A stretch of DNA of 64,000 nt from an uncultured Chloroflexia bacterium (GTDB lineage: Bacteria; Chloroflexota; Limnocylindria; Limnocylindrales; CSP1-4): positions 76,014 to 140,013 of the forward strand of contig CAVURB010000002.1 of assembly GCA_963743815.1 (NCBI GenBank), written 5' to 3'. Within the stretch, counting starts at the first letter, position 1. Each line of letters begins with the position of its first letter. Below, piece after piece: positions 62,880 through 64,000 of the stretch. The translations under genes were made by a program, and so were the position numbers. The notes below the pieces were generated by a model. It was given only the letters and a program-made list of their open reading frames with translations, had not been told where the DNA came from and ran no database searches.

Positions 62880-64000
62880 TCACTCAGGCGCTGCGAGCAC
62901 CTTCTGGAAGGCCGGTGGCCAGCTCGTCTCCACCTGGTAACCGGTGGCCTCGGCCAGCGTGGTGTCGCCGTCCTCCTTGATAGAGAACGTTCCGAGGAAC
63001 GATGCGAAGTCCTTGGTCGCGAAGACGGCCTTGAGGACCTCGTATCGATCGTTGGTCGCGGCACGCGTGAGCGCGTCGAGGGCGACCTGCGCGGCAGCGG
63101 CACCGTAGATGCCGTAGACGGGCGGATCGTCGCCGTTGTGCGCGGCCTTGTAGTCGGCCACCCACTGCTTGCCGGCGTCCGAGGTCTGCTCGTTCGGGCC
63201 GACGCCGCCGAAGGTCAGGTAGGTGCCGTTGCCGGCATCGCCCGTGCCCTCGTACCACGCCTCTTCGAAGACGCCGTCACCGGACATGATCTTGATGTCC
63301 GGCATCGCCGCCCGAAGGTCCTTCCAAAGCTTGCCCGTGTTCTGGCCCGTGATGGAGCCGATGTAGATGAAGTCGGCGCCCGAGTCCTTCACCTTCTGGG
63401 CGAGGGCCGCGTAGTCCGTGGCCTTCGCGTCGAAGCCTTCGCTCGTGCCACCGGCACTGACGACCTCGATGCCGAGCTGAGTCGGCGAACAGCGCCCAGG
63501 CGCGGGCGAGGCCCTTGCCGTAGACCTGCGTGTCGTCGAGCACGTACGCCTTGGTCGCGCCGAGCTCCTTCGCCCAGGCGGCACCCGCGCCACCCTGCTT
63601 GTCATCGGTGGCGATGACGCGCGTGTAGTTGCGGTAGCCGTTCGGGTAGTAGCTGTCCGGCTCGCCCGGCTCCGTCACGCCTTCGACCGACGTGGTGAGA
63701 CCCGGATACGTGTTGGCCGGGCTGATCATCACGAGGCAGGCCGCGTTGAGGATCGGGATGGTGAGCTTCGCGGCGCCGGAGTTGAAGTGGCCGATGAAGA
63801 CCATCGCATCCGGGTCATTCGCGGCGGTCGTCGCGTTGGCCTGGGCCACCGCGCCGTCCCAGTCGCCGTTGTTGGCGGCCGACGAGTCGTCGAGGTCCGT
63901 GTACTTGATCGTGAAGTCGCCGACGACCTTGCCGTCGAGCTGCTGCTTGATCGACTCGACGAGGGCGTTGGTCTGGGCCGTGTTCGAGCCCTGCCGCGGC
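62880..64000 (-). CDS. livK: Branched-chain amino acid ABC substrate-binding protein; 5' end outside the window, frameshift near 63480
   Basis: IGHFNSGAAK, MISPANTYPGLT, RVIATDDKQG, DDTQVYGKGLA, MSGDG. Confidence 0.85.

Noticed and set aside
1-64000. Roughly 17 genes interrupted by frameshifts (acyltransferases, pgsA, MFS, corA, tlpA, nuoM, LLM, PDO, hpt, livG/M/K and others) as pseudogenes or programmed frameshifts
   Set aside because: The breaks hit core genes whose motifs are intact on both sides, I see no slippery-site pattern, and they cluster toward the window ends. Long-read indel errors explain this best.
1-64000. CRISPR arrays, tRNA/rRNA genes, prophage, IS elements or defence islands
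   Set aside because: I saw no repeat-spacer periodicity, RNA-gene motifs, integrase or transposase ORFs, or obvious compositional shift.

Overview
High-GC bacterial chromosomal window. Gene style suggests a monoderm Chloroflexota/Actinomycetota-like organism, most likely Chloroflexota (inference only). It is densely coding, mostly on the minus strand, and I found no rRNA, tRNA, CRISPR array, integrase or transposase. Many conserved genes are broken by apparent single-base frameshifts, mostly at 1-12 kb and 56-64 kb, which look like long-read indel errors rather than pseudogenes. In order, the window holds: an ArsR-led inositol-lipid operon (pgsA, ino1, two acyltransferases); MFS and CorA transporters; a sortase-fold gene opposite tlpA-otsB; a complex I (nuo) operon preceded by a MidA/NDUFAF7 methyltransferase; pepE and folK; a purH-glpX-yeiH-persulfide dioxygenase-kynU-F420 LLM operon; an hsp20-hspR-lon-dnaJ-clpB operon; a K+ locus (two KimA-like permeases, USP, two TrkA); rsmG, csoR and hpt; and a liv ABC transporter. 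The standout is a rewired complex I. nuoI is split in two, and the whole electron-input module sits between the halves. The N-half is fused to a NuoE domain with no cluster ligands, NuoF has degenerate motifs, and a NuoG N-terminus carrying an inserted GltD/NfnB-type FAD/NADPH domain ends in the C-half of NuoI. Other candidates are a His-Ser-Lys sortase-fold protein, two unannotated structured RNAs and several readable operators.
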